DNA of 64,000 nt from a virus, in IMG/VR virus record IMGVR_UViG_3300035130_000101, positions 6,304 through 70,303 of that record. One strand, given 5' to 3'. A program made the position numbers and the translations under genes. Positions 16,793-26,474 of the stretch are shown piece by piece (position 1 is the first letter of the stretch; every line of letters begins with the position of its first letter). A model generated the notes under the pieces. The model was given only the letters and a program-made list of their open reading frames with translations. It was not told the origin of the DNA and made no database searches.

Positions 16793-17133
16793 GCAATAAT
16801 AACCGCCTGCTCATTGCGTATCACCCACCCAACCGGAACCCCCGCCTTGACCACGAATATTCGCTCCAACGTGCCGGTAGAATTACGCATACTCTCCGGT
16901 ACAATCGAGTGCATCAAATCATCCCAACCATTGCCGATCTCAGAGATTGACAGCAGCGACACGTCAAAGTTGCGAGGCTCAAGTGGTACTCTGGTTGGCT
17001 TGCACCAGCCGATAGGCAAGCCCGATGACAAAAAGACCTTAATGGATATTAGCGCCACGCCTTCGCAGCCGCCGTCATCCCGGTTGTTGGCGACGGATTG
17101 TAAGCGCCACTTGAGTTTGGTCCAGTTATCAGC
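16789..17133 (-). CDS. hypothetical protein
   Basis: Met at 17133 (MADNWTKLKW...) overlaps the upstream stop. The ORF track gives a longer form to 17175. Confidence 0.4.
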   Translation of the reverse strand, partial: ADNWTKLKWRLQSVANNRDDGGCEGVALISIKVFLSSGLPIGWCKPTRVPLEPRNFDVSLLSISEIGNGWDDLMHSIVPESMRNSTGTLERIFVVKAGVPVGWVIRNEQAVIIA

Positions 17134-17383
17134 CATATTTTTCTGCAAACTCCGAATCGGGATATAACTCGACAATAGTCACCTTTAGCCAAGCCAGGGC
17201 CTCTATGATGGTGTCAAATCCTTGCGCCTTCCTAATACCGTTCGTAGTATCGCCAATTATGGCGTTGATACCACTGTCCCAAAACCAGCTTATGGTTATG
17301 TTGATCTCGCTGTCGTAAATGTCTTGGAGGATATTCGAGACATCAACTGTAACGGTTGCCTCTTTAGCCATACAGTTTATCAA
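17129..17383 (-). CDS. hypothetical protein
   Basis: 84-aa ORF, tightly packed in the operon. Confidence 0.45.
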   Translation of the reverse strand: MINCMAKEATVTVDVSNILQDIYDSEINITISWFWDSGINAIIGDTTNGIRKAQGFDTIIEALAWLKVTIVELYPDSEFAEKYG

Positions 17384-17852
17384 GCCCCCTGTTCTTTGCC
17401 TTAATCATCGCATTGGTAAACGGTCGCCGCCGCCGCTTCTGTATCAACTCAGTCCATCCTCTGGCCTTGATACCGGGTCGCGGTCGCCGCTTATTGACGA
17501 ATAGCATCCGCCCCCGGCCCCGGCCAGACTTGAGCTTGCCGGGCGTAGTCTTGCTCTTCCAGTCTTGTGACATCGTGGCGTAGCGGACGCAAGTACCTTC
17601 ATCAAGCCATTTGAATTTGTTTAGCGCATCTTCGGAGCCGTTTGGGCCAGTCAGAACAGAAGCATCTTTTGTGGTCAACCCGATTAACGTTTCCGCCTTT
17701 GGCTTGTCACCCTTCCAGGTTGCCCAGGTTTGCTCAAGTAACTTTTCGTTCTCTTTTCCCTCGGCGCGCAAAGCATTAAGAAGCTCTAAGCGAACCTCTT
17801 TAAGTCTCATTGGCTTGGCTTTGATCGCCTTGACCTGAAATACTTCTGCCAT
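17364..17852 (-). CDS. hypothetical (virion-associated?) basic protein
   Basis: 162 aa with an Arg/Lys-rich C-terminus. Lies in the head region. Confidence 0.4.
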   Translation of the reverse strand: MAEVFQVKAIKAKPMRLKEVRLELLNALRAEGKENEKLLEQTWATWKGDKPKAETLIGLTTKDASVLTGPNGSEDALNKFKWLDEGTCVRYATMSQDWKSKTTPGKLKSGRGRGRMLFVNKRRPRPGIKARGWTELIQKRRRRPFTNAMIKAKNRGLDKLYG

Positions 17853-17867
17853 TATGCATCCTAACTA

Positions 17868-17896
17868 TTGACAATCAATAGTGAATAGAGCATAAT
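17868..17896 (+). promoter_or_regulatory. sigma70-type promoter
   Basis: TTGACA-17 nt-CATAAT. Shares the 17-mer CTATTGACAATCAATAG with the promoter at 30847-30875. Confidence 0.65.
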
Positions 17897-17925
17897 AAGG
17901 TATACTGATTAAGGAGTGAATAACA

Positions 17926-18186
17926 ATGGAAATCAACGTCAAATTTCAATGGTGTAACAATCGCCCGGTTTTTGAAATTCCTCTAATTGACACCGAAACC
18001 GGCCCAGAGCCTCGCTTGCCCAAGCATTGCGGCGGAACCTTCCTTTACAATCCCGACAAAACCCGCTGTGCCGTTATTGCCACCAAAGGGACGGCCACCT
18101 ATTTGATGCAGCGCAAGTATGCCAGATTTCTTGGCGTAGCAAAAGCCACCCCGGACGGCATCGGGCATTACGAATTGCCGCTCTGA
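17926..18186 (+). CDS. hypothetical protein (lone plus-strand gene inside the head module)
   Basis: 86 aa. AAGGAG SD and its own promoter at 17868-17896. Confidence 0.5.
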   Translation: MEINVKFQWCNNRPVFEIPLIDTETGPEPRLPKHCGGTFLYNPDKTRCAVIATKGTATYLMQRKYARFLGVAKATPDGIGHYELPL

Positions 18187-18512
18187 TCGTCTACCTCTTG
18201 CCACCGTCCGCCGATCTTATTCATCCCCAACCGCTGCCGGGTCCGCTTCTGAAAGCGCTGGAACCGCTTTTGAAACTCTCGCCGTAATCGCCGGTCATCT
18301 GTCGGCTTTGGCCGATTGTACCGTAGCTCGTTATTCAGAAAATAGCTATGATACCACGTCCCGCAGTTAGGACATTCCAGGCCAATCTCGATTAAGTCCT
18401 CTTCCTGCTGCCGGTCGGTAAAGCCATCGGCGCGAACAAGAGTATTGCAATTGCTACATTTGGTTAGCTTCTGGCCTTTCAGTTGGGCCAGGACTTGCCG
18501 GGTTGTCTGCAT
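18168..18512 (-). CDS. zinc-ribbon protein
   Basis: CSNC...CPNC. Basic C-terminus. Confidence 0.5.
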   Translation of the reverse strand: MQTTRQVLAQLKGQKLTKCSNCNTLVRADGFTDRQQEEDLIEIGLECPNCGTWYHSYFLNNELRYNRPKPTDDRRLRREFQKRFQRFQKRTRQRLGMNKIGGRWQEVDDQSGNS

Positions 18513-18527
18513 ATCTACCTACCTCAC

Positions 18528-18554
18528 AAAATCTCAATTGCGATTGAAAAAATT
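18528..18554. repeat. palindromic motif copy
   Basis: aaaatctcaattgcgattgaaaaaatt. Confidence 0.7.
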
Positions 18555-19179
18555 ATCTACGTGGCCCTCTTAGGCCCGGTGGTCTACCCCTGGTTGCCGG
18601 TTCACTGGTCGGTACAAGCGTACATTGACAACGCCAACCTCCGCAAGCGAGATCACGTGACTGCGGTCGAAGCCCATATCGCTCCCATACACTGGCCCGG
18701 TAAACTCTGCCGTTCAGCCTGGCGCAATCCTCGCAATGCTCAGTTGGCCCAACTACCCATTGCAACTTTTGATCTCCACAGGCCATTGTTTTGGCTTTTT
18801 CTCTGGCCTCACTGTACCTACCAATCCATAGCTCTGCTCTCTGTAAATGAGGCTCAAGCTTTGCACCGGATGATTTATTATTTTCCTCAATGGAATCACC
18901 AAAGCCAAGCAGATACGGAAACTGAGAATTTATAAACGAATCACGAGCCGCAATTTCTTGGTTTGTTAGTTCGTCTTCGTTGATTCCACAAGATGCCGCT
19001 CCTTCTTTCCAGGCTATCCGCAAATGTCTAGTTATGGCAAAATTCATCGTATCAAAAAAGTCGAATACGGTACTTTCGCCTAACCACAAACGACGTACAG
19101 CCGACCTAACAGCCAGCCGGTAGTCAGAAATAGCTTTCGTGTGGTCTAGCCAGGATTCGACATCTGCCAAGTTGTCCAT
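18553..19179 (-). CDS. head morphogenesis protein, Mu F / SPP1 gp7-like
   Basis: C-terminal GPTEHCEDCARLNGRVY...CGGWRCQCTLVP matches the MuF-family Cys/His motif. Located near the portal. Confidence 0.6.
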   Translation of the reverse strand: MDNLADVESWLDHTKAISDYRLAVRSAVRRLWLGESTVFDFFDTMNFAITRHLRIAWKEGAASCGINEDELTNQEIAARDSFINSQFPYLLGFGDSIEENNKSSGAKLEPHLQRAELWIGRYSEAREKAKTMACGDQKLQWVVGPTEHCEDCARLNGRVYRASVWERYGLRPQSRDLACGGWRCQCTLVPTSEPATRGRPPGLRGPRR

Positions 19180-19628
19180 CAGTCCTTCAAGAAATCTTCC
19201 GTAGTATAAGAATTAATGTCTTCGACTAACTCGGCAGATGTGGAATCAATGATAATTTTAGTATGCGGATGCCAATAGTCATTAAGCCATTTTATTAGCT
19301 CTCTCGTCAATCGTTCAAATTCGTCTTTTGCCTGTTCATTTATATTCATCGGCTTTTCACTCCCACGCTTCCCATATATGCAGGCTTCGACATCCTTCAA
19401 ACATTCATTTAGAATAGCGGAAATCTCATCCACTTTGAACTTGTAACCGTCATCTGATTCATAATCGGTCAAGATGACTTTTTCGATGTCAAAAAGCATT
19501 TCTGCCATCCGCGCAATAATCATCTTGACATTGTGACCATCCGTACCGTGTCCGAAATCTTGCTTATACACTTGGCAAAACTCAATCTCTTTTTGCTGTC
19601 TCTCATCAAATAGAATAAGCCAACTCAT
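19179..19628 (-). CDS. hypothetical protein
   Basis: 149-aa acidic ORF. Confidence 0.45.
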   Translation of the reverse strand: MSWLILFDERQQKEIEFCQVYKQDFGHGTDGHNVKMIIARMAEMLFDIEKVILTDYESDDGYKFKVDEISAILNECLKDVEACIYGKRGSEKPMNINEQAKDEFERLTRELIKWLNDYWHPHTKIIIDSTSAELVEDINSYTTEDFLKD

Positions 19629-19643
19629 CTGTCTGCCTTTCTT

Positions 19644-20120
19644 TTATACTTCCCACGCTTCCCATATTTGCCTAAGAAATCTAGTCTCGTAATCCGATAA
19701 GCCAAACCTATCTTGTCTAGTTTTCCAGGTCTTATCAATATCCGTTTCAGTATCACGTTGTTGTCTAGCAACTTCCCAATCACATAACATCTCCAAAATA
19801 TCACCCAATGGCATACTCAAAATACCATCAGGCCAATATTCAGGGTGATGACTATTACGAGAAACGTGCAATCTTGCAGCGTTATTATTATGTACTATGG
19901 CTTCATACTCAGGTGAGCCATATTCATACTTTCGGGCATTATCAAGTTGGCAAAATCCCCCGAATTCTTCAAGGTCGAATTTGCTAAGGTCGTGTCTATC
20001 TGCCCTGTCCTCTAAGTCGCGGGCAAGTTTCCTGAGAAGATTGGCAACTCTTTGACGATGCTCGATTATCTTAACCAGCGTTATGATCTCGGAACTTGTT
20101 TCCATCTTTATATCTCCCAC
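19644..20120 (-). CDS. hypothetical protein with HD-like motifs
   Basis: RHDLSKF ... HHPEYW (weak HD-domain resemblance). Confidence 0.35.
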   Translation of the reverse strand: MGDIKMETSSEIITLVKIIEHRQRVANLLRKLARDLEDRADRHDLSKFDLEEFGGFCQLDNARKYEYGSPEYEAIVHNNNAARLHVSRNSHHPEYWPDGILSMPLGDILEMLCDWEVARQQRDTETDIDKTWKTRQDRFGLSDYETRFLRQIWEAWEV

Positions 20121-21988
20121 GCCACACAGGACCAGAATCCCGGCGCAAATGGATCTTTCTTACTATCACAATTGTGCCGGGCCATAAATGCCTTACGCCG
20201 CTCCGGGTCACTACGCTTGATAGTCATATTTGGGTCGCCGTAATGGACAACCCGCTCTTTGCCCTGATAACGTACCGTCCGCATATATTTCTTGTCCGGC
20301 CTGGTTGACGCCCGTTGACCGGAGGCCATAACCGTAATGCCGTTGTAGGTGATGCGGGATAGGGCCTTTTCGTCCTGGTCGGCCATACCCTCTTCGGCGT
20401 CATCTTCCGGCTCTTCCTCTTCTACCATCTCTTCACTGTCCGGCTCCGGCTCCGCTGCCATCATCGGTTCTGCCATCCGCAGGCCCTTCAATTTCTGCAA
20501 GGCCGCCAATGCCATACTTGCCTGTACCTTGATCTTACTCCGCGCATTAGACATCAAGACCCGCTGCATAGTCAGTATCGCTTCCTCGATTTGCTCAGGC
20601 GTGGCATCCAACGGCGGCAGGACTTCAGTATATTCCGGTGACTGGAAGAGCGCCAGCACATCTTCACCGTCCGGCGTTCGACCATCGGCCAATTCCATCG
20701 CAATGAATTGCGCTTCGGTAATCTCACCACTCTCGACCATCGCCTCTCTTTCGGTGCGAATATCTGTCACGCCGAGAGACAAGTCCTTTTCCCGGCGCTC
20801 GCTTCTGACATTGCGAATATCGGCGTTAAGCTTGTCTTGTTCGTCATCCTGGTAATCGAATACGAGCCTAAGATATGGCGGTAGGAACTTGGCTTCAATC
20901 TGCTGTGTGGCCTGTCCAATAATCACGCCCGGTCCCTTGCCACGCATCTTTAAATGTTGCACTTCGGCGTCGGCTTTCGTCTGGCCGGCTACGCCAAAAG
21001 CAAAGGCAAGTTGACGCATATCCACGCCAAAAGCCAGGGCCAGAACTGCCATTCCAAGCTGAGTATCGGTCATCGAATCAAAGCCATCTGGCAACGAGGC
21101 AAAATCTAACAGCCTTATTGCGCCCTTGACAGCCGCAACAGGTAACTTGGCATATCTGGTCAAGCCTTGATTATCCATCACCTCATCAGTTCCTCTTAAG
21201 GCAACTGATACAGCCGTTGCCTCTCTTACGCTGCCATCACCGCCCTCAATAGCAACCATCCCTCTGTATGGCCGGCTACCGAGTTTTTCCTGCTTGTACC
21301 GCCCCTCGTCTATCAGGTTTTGCGCTACGTTCACGGCCCGGCTCACAGCGCAAAAGCCCACGCCGTACATAGAGCCGATGGGGGCTGACTGGGGAGTGAG
21401 ATTGATAACCCGGCTTTTGTGTAACCGGTATCTTGCGCCGTCCATATCGGTATAGATAATCGGATATTCAGGATTCTGCGTCCGCCAGCAGTCGCAGCCG
21501 TCAAGGTGAATGAGTTTGGTAGGTGGCCCCTGGAGAGGTTCGTCACCCCGGCCCGGTCCCTCGATGACCATAAAAGCGCCGTTATCGATGGTATGATAAT
21601 CCTCGATAAAAGCGCCGTAGCAAGCAGGCCAGCCCTGTACCGTGAAGTTGCTACGGCTCTCAGAGTTGTTCTGCAAAATCCTGGTGTACTCTTCGGCTTC
21701 CCTGACGTAGCTCTTGATAGTGTTGTCACGAGCTACCACCTTGACCGGCATTGCTACCATCATATCCCGCAAGGTGTTGACCGTGCCGGATAGATGATCG
21801 CTCAATTTCCAGAACTTGCGTAACTCGTTGTCACGGGCCTGTGACCACCAGGCCGGCAATAGCTCGCCGGCGACGGCTAACCAGGCGTAGAAGGGAAAGC
21901 CGCCATAAGCCGTATCGTCATCTCGTGGGGGAAAGACTTCTTTTGTCTCAAGAGCCGCTGCTAATGCTTGTTCCTGTCCGTTATCCAT
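20108..21988 (-). CDS. portal protein with C-terminal extension
   Basis: 626 aa, immediately downstream of TerL (start/stop overlap). An acidic linker EEMVEEEEPEDDAEE is followed by a roughly 90-aa extra domain. Confidence 0.6.
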   Translation of the reverse strand: MDNGQEQALAAALETKEVFPPRDDDTAYGGFPFYAWLAVAGELLPAWWSQARDNELRKFWKLSDHLSGTVNTLRDMMVAMPVKVVARDNTIKSYVREAEEYTRILQNNSESRSNFTVQGWPACYGAFIEDYHTIDNGAFMVIEGPGRGDEPLQGPPTKLIHLDGCDCWRTQNPEYPIIYTDMDGARYRLHKSRVINLTPQSAPIGSMYGVGFCAVSRAVNVAQNLIDEGRYKQEKLGSRPYRGMVAIEGGDGSVREATAVSVALRGTDEVMDNQGLTRYAKLPVAAVKGAIRLLDFASLPDGFDSMTDTQLGMAVLALAFGVDMRQLAFAFGVAGQTKADAEVQHLKMRGKGPGVIIGQATQQIEAKFLPPYLRLVFDYQDDEQDKLNADIRNVRSERREKDLSLGVTDIRTEREAMVESGEITEAQFIAMELADGRTPDGEDVLALFQSPEYTEVLPPLDATPEQIEEAILTMQRVLMSNARSKIKVQASMALAALQKLKGLRMAEPMMAAEPEPDSEEMVEEEEPEDDAEEGMADQDEKALSRITYNGITVMASGQRASTRPDKKYMRTVRYQGKERVVHYGDPNMTIKRSDPERRKAFMARHNCDSKKDPFAPGFWSCVAWEI

Positions 21989-23628
21989 TATGCTACCCTC
22001 TTACCGTCTACTACCACGACCACGCCGGTATTACGTAAGTCGTTCCAACTCCAAAAGCAGGCGTCCACCAGATCATAGGGCTTGTGCTTGGGTACTCGGT
22101 TTAGCGCCTTTTCCAACGTCGTATGAGTACCGATGACGTGTATGATCTTACCCTTTTCATAATCCGATAGCATCAAGTTCCAGCGATGCACCTTCGGCCC
22201 GTAGCCTGCGCCTGCCTTGTCGCTCACGAAGTCCGGTAGAAAACGGGTTGTGTCGATAGTCCCGTTGCCGTCCGTCACCTGTATTATACCATCAATTCGC
22301 TCGATTTGGGGAAAGTTATCATCCTTGACTAACTCCTCGATAGCCAGGTAGAACTCATCGGCCCACAGGTCGCCGCCCTGGTCGGTTTCCACGCCCACCC
22401 GGTCAAAGCGTAATTCGACCGCCTTGAGGATAGCTCGCTTAAGGCAATCAAGCGGAGTGGTGATTTGCTCCCAACTCCAAAAGCGGTAGATAACGTCATC
22501 AACGCCTATGCCGTCGGCGTTGATACCCATACTGTCGCTCTGGTCGGTAGAGGTGACGGCCGGATCGCACCACACGCAGCCGTCCGTCAATTCCGGTACG
22601 TCGTCAAAAGCGCAATGTCTGAATTCGAGATGATTGAACAGGCCGCCGTCCTGTTGCTCTACTTCGTGTTGCGCCTCTTTGAGAAATGCAGACAAGCCCC
22701 AGGTATTGATAGCATCCTGGCAAACCTGGATATTCTGCCCGTCCCAGGTTGGTGTACCGGCTATGATGGTATAGCCGCCGCCCTCGGTAGCCTCATATGC
22801 CAAATCATCAATCGCCTTGTATGGTCCTGACACTCGCCTATCCGCCAGAAAGCTGGCCTCGATATCTGACACCCCGGCCAGTTGCGCCGCTATGCCATCG
22901 GGAATAATCATATTCTGGATAAAGAGAATAGCCGCATCATCGGAGCCAGCGGGGAGTAGCGAGGTGGTCAGGGTGTCCTTTTTCTTTTGGGTGGTTTTGG
23001 GCGAGTCGTGCTTGCCGTCGATATCGTCCAGTATAATAAAGTCGGGCCGGTTTTCTTTTGCCTTCGCCCCACGCCGGGCCGTGTCAAGACCGATGGCATC
23101 GAGGATAAAGCCGTTAGCGCAGCGTAGCCGTTGCCGCCGCCATCCTTTTGACTGGCCGTACTTGCCCACTTCGCGCTGGGCCATTTCGGGATAGTAAGCG
23201 GCTAGTTGCTCGTTGCCTTCTAAGATGTCGGCAATCGTCCCTACGTGCTGGTCAGCCTGATCTTGCACCTCACAGCAATACCAGCCGTAGAGCCGGTGGC
23301 TTTCAGCGCCCAGTCGGATTGCCGCCAGCTCTGCGCTTGTCGATTTCGTCCCACCTCTCGGCCAGATAGCCACCAACGGAGCCGGCCTAATGCCCTTGCG
23401 GATTGACCAGACCCATTGCCAGAACTCGGTGTGTCGCTGGGCAAATGGAGCGGTTACGTAGGTTGGGAATATGGTTGTTAGCCACTCTTGCCAATCGAGC
23501 GGCGGTATCTTCTTTCGGTGTAAATCTTGCAATTTCCCGGCAGTTTCCATAAGGAACTGCTGCCGAGCCACAGGATGCAACGATTTGAACCACGTTATTA
23601 GCTTCGGGTCAATCGTTCGTGGTTGCAT
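21988..23628 (-). CDS. terL: terminase large subunit
   Basis: 546 aa. WPRGGTKSTS (Walker A-like), DFIILDDIDG (Walker B), plus a C-terminal nuclease-sized domain. Confidence 0.75.
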   Translation of the reverse strand: MQPRTIDPKLITWFKSLHPVARQQFLMETAGKLQDLHRKKIPPLDWQEWLTTIFPTYVTAPFAQRHTEFWQWVWSIRKGIRPAPLVAIWPRGGTKSTSAELAAIRLGAESHRLYGWYCCEVQDQADQHVGTIADILEGNEQLAAYYPEMAQREVGKYGQSKGWRRQRLRCANGFILDAIGLDTARRGAKAKENRPDFIILDDIDGKHDSPKTTQKKKDTLTTSLLPAGSDDAAILFIQNMIIPDGIAAQLAGVSDIEASFLADRRVSGPYKAIDDLAYEATEGGGYTIIAGTPTWDGQNIQVCQDAINTWGLSAFLKEAQHEVEQQDGGLFNHLEFRHCAFDDVPELTDGCVWCDPAVTSTDQSDSMGINADGIGVDDVIYRFWSWEQITTPLDCLKRAILKAVELRFDRVGVETDQGGDLWADEFYLAIEELVKDDNFPQIERIDGIIQVTDGNGTIDTTRFLPDFVSDKAGAGYGPKVHRWNLMLSDYEKGKIIHVIGTHTTLEKALNRVPKHKPYDLVDACFWSWNDLRNTGVVVVVDGKRVA

Positions 23629-24157
23629 CGCTCTCCATTGCCGCCATAGTCAATATCTCAAGGAATTGACGTTGAACCTCATCACTATTCAGGCTATCCG
23701 GCAACGTTTGCCGCCAGTCGATCTTGACCGGCGCGTCAAGACCGAACAACTTAAGCCGCCGGTCGATGCACCAACGGATACCGGCTAAAAAGCTCTCGTT
23801 GCCGGTCATCTGTTCCTGTTTGGTACTGACTTCGTTGCGCTCGCTTTCAGCTTCACTGACTACTTTGGCGGTACTGCTTTCCTTGACCTGCAACGACCGC
23901 TGCCAGGCTTGCCAGTATTCGACTTCTAAGTTGTCTATCTTTGCAAGCTCGATAGCTACCCGTTCATTGAAATTGACAAGGGAGGATTCAAGCCACTTGG
24001 CCCGAATAGCCTTGAGGTCATAACCTACCATCTGCCGGGTCATTCCAAGCCGGGCGGCAATATCTACTTGAATGACGCCTTGCAGGTAGAGCCGGGCGAT
24101 TTCTACCCGATCACGTTCTATTTGGATTACACTTCGTTTTGGTGCTGCCATAAGCAA
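23609..24157 (-). CDS. putative terminase small subunit (HTH)
   Basis: 182 aa. N-terminal HTH VDIAARLGMTRQMVGYDLKAI. Overlaps the terL start. Confidence 0.5.
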   Translation of the reverse strand: MLMAAPKRSVIQIERDRVEIARLYLQGVIQVDIAARLGMTRQMVGYDLKAIRAKWLESSLVNFNERVAIELAKIDNLEVEYWQAWQRSLQVKESSTAKVVSEAESERNEVSTKQEQMTGNESFLAGIRWCIDRRLKLFGLDAPVKIDWRQTLPDSLNSDEVQRQFLEILTMAAMESDATTND

Positions 24158-24180
24158 ACTTCTTAATGCAAACTAACTTT

Positions 24181-24204
24181 TCTTAATTGCAATTGAGATT
24201 TTTT
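24181..24204. repeat. palindromic motif copy
   Basis: tcttaattgcaattgagatttttt. Encodes the ...NLNCN-stop end of the upstream ORF. Confidence 0.7.
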
Positions 24205-25232
24205 GATAGCACTCGCAACGCCTCTTGTTTGTCGAGCGCCGGGCCGACGTACTCGAAAGAGGCTCGAAGGCGTTTTGTTAATCCACTGATTCCCTTTTGC
24301 TTGGCTAAATCCCGTCCTTTTACCATCGACTTTGTTTTTCTGGTTGGTTTTTGTATCATCACCCAGTTTTTTGACCTATTTCTAGCGTGTATCATTGCCG
24401 GATTGCTCGTTTGAGACTGCCACCGATACCCAACCGCCTTAAACATCGCCCCGACATAATCACTCAAAGCGTTACCAATCCCCACGCCCTGGAAGTCCGG
24501 CAAGCAAACCGTTCGATGTTCCCGCTTGATGTTCTTTGCTTTTGGATGCGGAAAGTGCAACGCTGCCGTAAACGCCACTGGCCTATCGTCATAAAAAGCG
24601 CAGAAGCAAACTGCCGCCGTATTCAAGACGGTGTCTAAATAATGATACTGCCGGAATATTCGCCCAAGCGGTGTGATGAACGCGTTTAACTTCGAGCTTA
24701 ATCTCTGGTCGCTGGTGAAGATACCTCCCGGTGTAATATTCGCCCGTGTGAGGCTGATACACCCAATCCGGCTCAAGCCAATCCAGAATGTCATAATGCA
24801 CAGAGACGGCAATAAACTTTTTGTCCTTGCGCCTGATCGCTTTGGATAACGCCGCGCTGCCTATCTGGGCCACGGTCCTATCAACGACACTTGTAAACTC
24901 ATCTATGACAACCAACTCTCGTTCATCGGCCAAAGCCCTGGCCAGCGTCGCCCGGAATTGCTCACCATTCGACAGTACCCGAAACGGACGCAACCACGAC
25001 GGCGGGGAAGAAAAGCCGACAGATGACAGATAGCCGGTGATGTCTTTTGTGCTCAAGCCGTCTGGAATAGTATCTCTACCGCCCCCACATCGCCCACGTT
25101 CCTGATCTCTTTCAGCAGTTCTATCGCCTGCCGTGCCTCACTCTCTATCGGCAATGAAGCCACAAGCGCCGAAATGTCTGTACTCTTCATATCGGCGGTG
25201 ACAAAGCGGACGGTACTTAGTTTGTGGTTAAG
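24183..25232 (-). pseudogene. ABC-ATPase-like (signature, Walker B and H-loop, no Walker A) plus GNAT-like protein, split into three ORFs by single-G indels
   Basis: LSNGEQFRATLARAL, LVVIDEFTS, VSVHYD, then W..F.QYHYL...GVGIGNAL. Frames rejoin if one G is added in the G5 run (plus-strand C5 25082-25086) and one G is removed from the G3 run (plus-strand C3 24663-24665). Confidence 0.5.
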
Positions 25233-25497
25233 GTACATCGCTGCTATCTTCGTCATCTTCCGGCAAATGAACCCCATTACTCTCTGCGAAAAATGTCCAG
25301 GTTTCTTCCTGCCCCAGTGAGATAAGATTGGCAAATTCGCACCGTAAGATGTCGAAACGTTTGTGCAAATCTTTCAAATCATCCGAGTTTAACTTGAGTG
25401 CCTGTAGTAGCAGCAGGTCATTAAGCTCGGTCCAGTCATTATTGATATGCCTGGTGATCTCGCCAACCCGGTCCATTGTCATTTTTTTTCTGACCAA
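25228..25497 (-). CDS. hypothetical acidic-tail protein
   Basis: 89 aa ending in PEDDEDSSDVP. Confidence 0.45.
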   Translation of the reverse strand: MVRKKMTMDRVGEITRHINNDWTELNDLLLLQALKLNSDDLKDLHKRFDILRCEFANLISLGQEETWTFFAESNGVHLPEDDEDSSDVP

Positions 25498-25558
25498 CAG
25501 ATAGCCTCAGTTAATGAAAGCCTGGATAAAGGCAGATGCTTGCTGACGGTGATGTCTC

Positions 25559-26098
25559 TTAAAGTTCGTTAATTTGACGGTCCACCACCGCCATCTCTTC
25601 TCTAATTTCATTGATTTTGGTCGTCTCCCATTCTATCTCATTTTGTATTTCCGTTGATACATTCATACCCTGCCGGGCCGCGGTATCTCTGGCCTTATCG
25701 AGATTTTGCATATGCGTCTTGAGCTGGAACCTGAGATGTGTTAAATGGTCCTGCAAAACGTCTCCAAATAACTCTGCGGTTCGACGCTTTACCTGTTCGG
25801 AAACGTTACCATTCTTGGATATATATTCCAGAATTACCAGAAAGATGCGCTCAAACTTATCATCTCTGGACACCAAATAATCGTTAAGTTCCCGAATAAT
25901 ATCATCGATGGTGGCCCGTTCTTTGAGCAAATCGAATGTTATTTCGTCTAGCCGGTCAACATTTTTATAAAATTGTGACGAGAAGATACTGAGAACATCC
26001 TCGATTGTCTTAACCTGCTGTAGACTTTGTTCAAGGCGTTCGTTGAGTTGATATAGTTGTCTAAGGTACTGGAGTATTTCTCTTGGTTCGCTAGACAC
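25559..26098 (-). CDS. hypothetical coiled-coil protein
   Basis: 179 aa with a heptad-rich sequence. Confidence 0.45.
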   Translation of the reverse strand: MSSEPREILQYLRQLYQLNERLEQSLQQVKTIEDVLSIFSSQFYKNVDRLDEITFDLLKERATIDDIIRELNDYLVSRDDKFERIFLVILEYISKNGNVSEQVKRRTAELFGDVLQDHLTHLRFQLKTHMQNLDKARDTAARQGMNVSTEIQNEIEWETTKINEIREEMAVVDRQINEL

Positions 26099-26115
26099 AT
26101 TGCACTACAAATAAC

Positions 26116-26472
26116 CTATTTCCCGCCGTACAGCAGCCGGCCGTTGGTGATAATCTTCTGACCCAACGTACCAACCAATGTTAGCCAGGCAAAGTCAACG
26201 GCGGCAGTATTGAGCCAATCTATAAGGCCGGCTTCGACCAGGGCCGGGTAACTTTCGACATCGGACGGTAAGATGAAATTGACGGTAATAACCAACCCGA
26301 TGTAACCGATAAGATACGGCATTACCATCCCCCTGAACCACCCGGCCAACTCTGCCCAGTCAAACGAGCCGGTACGCAAAGCGGCGGCAATGGCCAGCAC
26401 CACGTCTAGAAAAATGAGGCCAACCAGAATTTGAAACTGTGCGGTTTGCATTACTGCTTGAATCAAGTCCAT
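26116..26472 (-). CDS. multi-pass membrane protein, holin-like
   Basis: 118 aa with 3-4 hydrophobic spans. No endolysin was recognised nearby. Confidence 0.35.
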   Translation of the reverse strand: MDLIQAVMQTAQFQILVGLIFLDVVLAIAAALRTGSFDWAELAGWFRGMVMPYLIGYIGLVITVNFILPSDVESYPALVEAGLIDWLNTAAVDFAWLTLVGTLGQKIITNGRLLYGGK

Positions 26473-26474
26473 CG

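Noticed and set aside
19362-19672. Exact 17-mer TCCCACGCTTCCCATAT at about 19362 and about 19652
   Set aside because: It lies in two coding regions in different reading frames (YGKRGSE versus IWEAWEV). One chance 17-mer match in 64 kb is not very improbable, and no structure or motif context was seen.
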